From: Podarcis liolepis
Lineage: Eukaryota
Direction: 5' to 3' (one strand)
NCBI GenBank assembly: GCA_965112155.1
Contig: OZ218103.1
Length of the DNA stretch: 64,000 bases
The notes under the pieces were generated by a model. It had not been told where the DNA came from, searched no databases, and worked only from the letters and a program-made list of their open reading frames with translations. The position numbers and the translations under genes were made by a program. Positions within the stretch are counted from its first letter, which is position 1. The number at the start of each line of letters is the position of its first letter. Below, in pieces: positions 59,683 to 64,000 of this stretch.

Positions 59683-62600
59683 ACACGCACAGAAGCAATA
59701 CACTACACATCACACGCACGTTTCACGTTGCTTCCTACATGGTAATGCCTTCTGTGTAGAAAAAGCATGTGTTTGTGTAGCAACTCTGATCACACCAGTT
59801 ACACTCATCAGTTCTCAATTTGTTAAGGAGCCATATGAAAAGAATAAAAAACAACAGGACAGCAACCATACAGTATCTGAGTAATATTATTAAATTTTTC
59901 TGAAGACAGATGACAAACTTCCACATCAGCATCTGTGATCCTGTAACTCAGCCCTGAAGTGAGTAAGATTTAAATGAGGGGAAAAGTGATAATGGAACAC
60001 AAAATTTATACTTACACTGGTCATAAACTTTGGGTCTATACTCTCCGCCAAAGCATTCATACTCCAAAGTTTCATCATTCAACTCAAATTCTTCAACAAC
60101 TGTGTCATTGAATTTGAACCATTTTCCTTTTCCACATCCCCTGTTGGAAACACACAGAAACACAAGCCATGTTCACTGTCAAAGATGATGGCTTAAAAAT
60201 CTCAATAAAGTTTCCTAATAGCTTTCCAATTCTCATGGCTACCAAAGAGATAATCTGCATTGAGAATGATTTCATGTTAAAATCAAATATGGAACAAAAC
60301 AGATCTGAATATAAAGGGATCAGAAATCATTGCAAGATGGCAGACACATTCACCACCAGCCTGTTTCATACAATGATTCAAACTTTATAAAGATCATCCC
60401 TCCTGTCACACACATCCTTTGAAAGGAAGATTCTGGTTTTGTTTTAAGCCAGAGCTACCCCATTACATTTGCAAAAACTTTCAAGCATTCTGGTATACTT
60501 TCATAAAGGTAGAGGTAAAGGGACCCCTGACCATTAGGTCCAGTCGTGACTGACTCGAGGGTTGCGGCGCTCATGTCGCTTTATTGGCCGAGGGAGCCGG
60601 CGTACAGCTTCCGGGTCATGTGGCCAGCATGACTAAGCCGCTTCTGCCAAACCAGAGCAGCGCACGGAAACGCCTTTTACCTTCTTGCTGGAGCGGTAGC
60701 TATTTATCTACTTGCACTTTGACGTGCTTTCGAACTGCTAGGTTGGCAGGAGCAGGGACCGAGCAACGGGAGCTCACCCCATTGCGGGGATTCGAACCAC
60801 CGACCTTCTGATTGGCAAGTCCTAGGCTCTGTGGTTTAACCCACAGTGCCATACAGAGGTTTAAAAAGTGCTATACAAAAATGATGCATTTGCCAATAGG
60901 AGTTTGCAAGTTTAACACTGCATGGTCTTAACTGCTTTAAAGTATTCAAGCAAAGAACTAGTAGAGCCCACCCAGAGCAGACTTTCTCTTTACCGTCTAT
61001 CTTTGATAAAGGAATAGTAGTGGCCTGCATGGGCCTGGCCGCTGTGCACTATCACCCCAACCAGCTCATAGTTTTCTGTAGGGGCCACTTTCTTCCGTGG
61101 GGATCCTGCACCTCCCTGATCGACGTGTCGCCCATTGTCGCCAACTTCCGAGGAAGAATCTTGCCGGGCCATTCCTGAAACTGTATAGGGTTCCATGTTC
61201 AGCATCCAGGGGAACTGTTTGAAAGGAAACACTTCCGATTAAATTTAAACCTGAGCCCTATTACTTGCTTATAAACCTCCTGTAATTACCTAAAACACAG
61301 GGTGGCTAACCTTTAAAGGCTGAACACAGGAAATAGTTTATGGGATGCAGAGAGTCATAGAGCAAACCAGAAGGTTTGTCTGTTTTTCCAGGACTCAGAA
61401 TGGAACTTCCGATTTTTTCCAGTGAGGAAGATTATGGACTTCAGCTCAGAAAGCAAGTCACAATCACTTCTTTTGAAACTCTGCAAGCACCATTAGTAGT
61501 TAGGGCAGGTAATGTCAAAGGCCCATCAGAGGGACAGAGATACACCGTGGGCAACATGCATACTTGGAACAGAATAAATAATGGTGAGAAGTAAAGATTC
61601 CATTCCAGAAAATGCCTTTAGAGAAATAAAAGAGCAGCTGTGCTTACCTTTATCTGTTCATCGTACTTAATGGAACGTCCACTTTCCCAATCAAATCCAA
61701 ATCTCATGAGGTGGATCACCAACAAGCTAGGCAGCGCTTTAATGCACGTCCGCTTTACTGTAGTTCTCTTAAAAATAGAAGAGAGTCACCTCCAGCTACT
61801 CATTTTAGCATCAGGGAATGCATACTTCCTGCTCACTGTAGAGACGTTTTCTTACAATTATGGATTTAGGTTGATAGAATCAAAGAGCAGGAAAACTGTT
61901 TTCTAAAGACTAACTACTAATTCCTTATCAAATCATTTACAACACGCCTTTTCTCAAAGGCAAAAACTTTCAAACATACAAATATTTTGTCTCTGCTTTG
62001 CCTAGGACACCAATATTCTGAAGTGGCACCCCCTCCATCTATATATATACTACCCTAGTACTCATCGAAGGAAGCACAGAATATCAATGTGATAAAGACA
62101 AGAACACATTAAACTTGAGGGCTTGGACTAGACTCATTCTCCAGATCTCTAAGTGTACTAACACACCCTGGGTTGTCTCTCCCTTAGAATTTCACAGGTA
62201 TTTTAACTGTCACCAGGGAAGTGGGGGAGAAGCATTACCTTTTCTTTACATTTCTCACAGTAATATGCATTACTTCCTTCCAGAATTTCTCCTCTAACAA
62301 ACTGATCCAATGAAATTTCCAGGCTTTGACATGAAGTGACTCCTAGATTGAGAGCCATAAAGGCTTCCTCTCGTTCATACCTACACCAAATTGGATAATG
62401 AAAAAGGGTTAGACTGCAATACTACCAACTCTATTGTTTCATGGTTTAAGAGATGTCTCTTTTTGGCAATATCTTTAACAGTCAAACCCACTGCAGACAT
62501 GAGGCTTATCATCTCCTTTGATGGTTTACAGAGCAATCTTAAGTGTAGAAAATCTTAATTTACACTGGCTTAAGTTTAGCCTATTTCCAGCTCTGTGAAG

Positions 62601-63910
62601 GAAGAATATGATTCACACCACCCATTTTGCTGGCTAAGTTCTGCTGGGTTGTAAGGCCACATGACTTAATTGCAAGGGGTTTGGAAAAGGTCTAAGTCTC
62701 TCCTTGCTCTGTTCCACCTCTGCCAGGCCCTCAGAATGCCTCCCTTTTTTGAGACTTCTGTTGGCAACCCTCTACCTCAGACAGGGTGAAAGACTTCTGC
62801 CAGCATATCCCCAGCTGAGGAAGCCCAAAATCTGCCAGAACCAAACCCATTCATCCCAGAGGATCTTGAGTTTGGATTGTGCTGTAAGACGGCAGGCTAT
62901 AGACTCATGGCTCCATCCCATCCTCCCTGCAATTTCAATCCTGGTGAGGGTTTGCTGCTTAAAAACTAACCATGGTTACTATTTATGAAGAATTAAGAAG
63001 TAGTATAATTACAGATGCAATACTAACCATATTGACAAGAAAATGGGGTTGGGGGTGTAATACAGGATAGGGGAGACACGTGCCATAGAAACAGACCTAT
63101 GGCAGCCTTCCTTCACCTGGCAGCCTCCAGAGGTTTTGGATTCCAAATCCCATCAGGCCCACTCAACATGGCCAATGATCAGGGATGATGGGAGTTGTAG
63201 CCCAAAACACCTGGAAGGCACTAGCTTGGGAAAGGGCTGGACAAGAGACATAATCCAGAGAAGGGAGGATAGAAATGGTTGAGCCTTGAAAGAGCTCTGT
63301 GCTGTTGCAGAGCAGGCAGGGTTAGGACTGGGTAGGCCATATCCCATGGAATGTTGAAAGCTGCCGAATGACTGACATAGCCCTGCCTGTGGAAAGGAGA
63401 ATTCCATGCCTGAATCATGCTAATCTGAAAGAAAAAGTTGAGGGGGGAAATCGGCCATGTACTTATCAAGAGTTTTTTCTCCTTTAAAATGAAGTCACTG
63501 AATGGCACTAAACAAAGATGAAAATCAAGTACTTCTCCTACAATGTTCCAGTAGTTAACATTAAGAGTTCTTTTTTCCAAGTAGGCTACCCGTAACTAGG
63601 AATAACCTAGTTAAAATTCACCCACCTATGAGGACAGTCCTTGCAGATTTTCTGATCAGAGTAGATTCCCTGGAAAGTGTTCTTAAATATTTGGTCTCGC
63701 CCTATTTTCTGTAAGAGATAAAAAAAATGCTAATAGCAACTAGCTTATACATGAAGTGGCTGTTAATGAAAAGAATTACTGTGTAAACACCATAACCAAC
63801 ATAAAAATAACCTTGAGGTATTCATCCATCTGATCTATAAGACTTGTGAAGAACTCATAAGCATCTTGTTGTTCACGTACATAGAGCTCCTTGTTCCACA
63901 TCTTGAAGAT
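44571..63910 (-). CDS. USP24: Ubiquitin carboxyl-terminal hydrolase 24, 3' 24 coding exons (864 aa plus stop); 5' part is beyond the window
   Basis: Exons splice in frame with GT-AG. USP motifs REQQDAYEFF, CKDC/CEKC zinc knuckles, HSGQAHAGHYYSFIK, WFKFND and NAYMLFY. C-terminus SPMMIGEPKSDLDDVDP*. Tail-to-tail with PCSK9 as in mammals. Confidence 0.97.
46038..46148 (-). CDS. USP24: USP24 exon
   Basis: DTLAYATALLNEKDQSGSSNGSESSPANENGGRHLPQ. Confidence 0.94.
46972..47009. repeat. (CA)n microsatellite
   Basis: About 19 CA units. Confidence 0.95.
47063..47149 (-). CDS. USP24: USP24 exon
   Basis: MSEHYWAPQSNVSNETSTAKTFQRTISAQ. Confidence 0.94.
47242..47317 (-). CDS. USP24: USP24 exon
   Basis: CSAAKDYFKENSHHWSWAVQWLQIK. 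Confidence 0.94.
47938..48019 (-). CDS. USP24: USP24 exon
   Basis: LMHHSNNHVDSSRCYQCVKFLVTLAQ. Confidence 0.94.
49096..49162 (-). CDS. USP24: USP24 exon
   Basis: IIEDPLQIERVKFAFETENGLL. Confidence 0.93.
49522..49587 (-). CDS. USP24: USP24 exon
   Basis: NQLETAPPHELKNTFQLLHEIL. Confidence 0.93.
50038..50212 (+). mobile_element. tRNA-derived SINE (MIR/Squam3-like)
   Basis: ggagaccagggttcaaatcccc (B-box), ctcacttgggccagtc...aacctacttcacagggttgttgtg core. Confidence 0.65.
50522..50635 (-). CDS. USP24: USP24 exon
   Basis: VMYALRELTGSLLVLIEMVVYCCFCNEHFSFTILHFIK. Confidence 0.94.
50796..50917 (-). CDS. USP24: USP24 exon
   Basis: (A)PGLCVLHSPLSITTSGPLLALHEEVEALLFLPEGKPYLME. Confidence 0.92.
52334..52436 (-). 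CDS. USP24: USP24 exon
   Basis: NRRWSSAQAREFGFLHNTVALLVLHSDVSSQRNV. Confidence 0.93.
53229..53321 (-). CDS. USP24: USP24 exon (NAGNAG acceptor)
   Basis: QGIRACDLLLRHSALRHMINFLLGPSRQNNQ. Confidence 0.92.
53827..53943 (-). CDS. USP24: USP24 exon
   Basis: LKSLHQLVDVLLGLLDKDVPENCKNCAQYFFLFNNFVQK. Confidence 0.94.
54140..54401 (+). mobile_element. L2 LINE 3' end with (ATT)n tail
   Basis: gcttgtaagccgctctgagccc...gggagggcggggtataaataaaa followed by attatt repeats. Confidence 0.6.
54972..55068 (-). CDS. USP24: USP24 exon
   Basis: TFLLECSVREVRVAVATILEKTLDSALFYQEK. Confidence 0.93.
55669..55782 (-). CDS. USP24: USP24 exon
   Basis: VDIEEWIATIDALVSKSFEACQWLVEYLVEAEGRELI. Confidence 0.93.
55881..55984 (-). 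CDS. USP24: USP24 exon
   Basis: TKLKHPHYPSMARVSLQLAVQFLFQTCLRTKKKL. Confidence 0.93.
57226..57321 (-). CDS. USP24: USP24 exon
   Basis: MVRDENLKFMKNRDVYSSDYFSFVLSLASLNA. Confidence 0.94.
57680..57762 (+). mobile_element. CR1 LINE 3' tail
   Basis: gctgagattcctgcattgcagggggtggactagatgacccttggggtccctttccaaccctacaattctattattctat. Confidence 0.65.
58108..58258 (-). CDS. USP24: USP24 exon
   Basis: SAPSSPDVSPQSSPRPHRPSSDRLSILTKLVKKGEKKGLFVEKMPVRIYQ. Confidence 0.94.
59082..59148. repeat. Compound (CA)n(GA)n microsatellite
   Basis: About 9 CA units followed by about 24 GA units. Confidence 0.95.
59199..59340 (-). CDS. USP24: USP24 exon (end of USP domain)
   Basis: NPYPDVRRRYWNAYMLFYQRVSDQNSPVLPKKSRVSVVRQEAEDLS. 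Confidence 0.95.
59635..59680. repeat. (GT)n microsatellite
   Basis: About 23 GT units. Confidence 0.95.
60016..60140 (-). CDS. USP24: USP24 exon (FND motif)
   Basis: GCGKGKWFKFNDTVVEEFELNDETLEYECFGGEYRPKVYDQ. Confidence 0.95.
60505..60851 (-). mobile_element. Sauria SINE, full length
   Basis: aaaggtagaggtaaagggacccctgaccattaggtccagtcgtgac...ggattcgaaccaccgaccttctgattggcaag...ctgtggtttaacccacagtgcca. Confidence 0.9.
60994..61214 (-). CDS. USP24: USP24 exon (His box)
   Basis: FPWMLNMEPYT...YELVGVIVHSGQAHAGHYYSFIKDR. Confidence 0.96.
61648..61767 (-). CDS. USP24: USP24 exon
   Basis: RTTVKRTCIKALPSLLVIHLMRFGFDWESGRSIKYDEQIK. Confidence 0.95.
62239..62380 (-). CDS. USP24: USP24 exon
   Basis: YEREEAFMALNLGVTSCQSLEISLDQFVRGEILEGSNAYYCEKCKEK. 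Confidence 0.95.
63626..63708 (-). CDS. USP24: USP24 exon
   Basis: KIGRDQIFKNTFQGIYSDQKICKDCPH. Confidence 0.95.
63812..63910 (-). CDS. USP24: USP24 exon (QQDA box)
   Basis: IFKMWNKELYVREQQDAYEFFTSLIDQMDEYLK. Confidence 0.95.
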
Positions 63911-64000
63911 CTAAAATATAAAACGTATTCCACAGAGTCACTGCTTTAATATACTGAGACTCTTAAGGATAGCAGCAGATGCATCTTAGTTCCCTGGAAA

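Overview
Eukaryotic, intron-rich vertebrate DNA, almost certainly a squamate and probably a lacertid lizard, judging from Sauria SINEs, BovB and squamate L2/CR1 tails. The window holds the conserved amniote gene trio BSND(+) - PCSK9(+) - USP24(-). (1) The last coding exon of barttin (BSND) lies at 1016-1439. (2) A complete, intact 12-exon PCSK9 runs from ATG 16903 to TGA 39569 (2037 nt spliced CDS, 678 aa, all introns GT-AG, phases consistent). It has a CpG island and a strikingly human-like HNF1/HINFP/SRE promoter module at 16498-16547. (3) The 3' 24 coding exons of USP24 lie on the minus strand (63910 down to stop 44571, 864 aa), converging tail-to-tail on PCSK9 with an unusual palindromic, bidirectional poly(A) signal at 42247-42263. 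The rest is introns and intergenic DNA with SINEs, LINE fragments, non-autonomous DNA transposons with visible TIRs/TSDs, microsatellites and one assembly gap (221-349). I found no evidence of a wholly new gene system. The most interesting signals are regulatory and evolutionary. Comparisons to human sequences are from memory, not from a database search.
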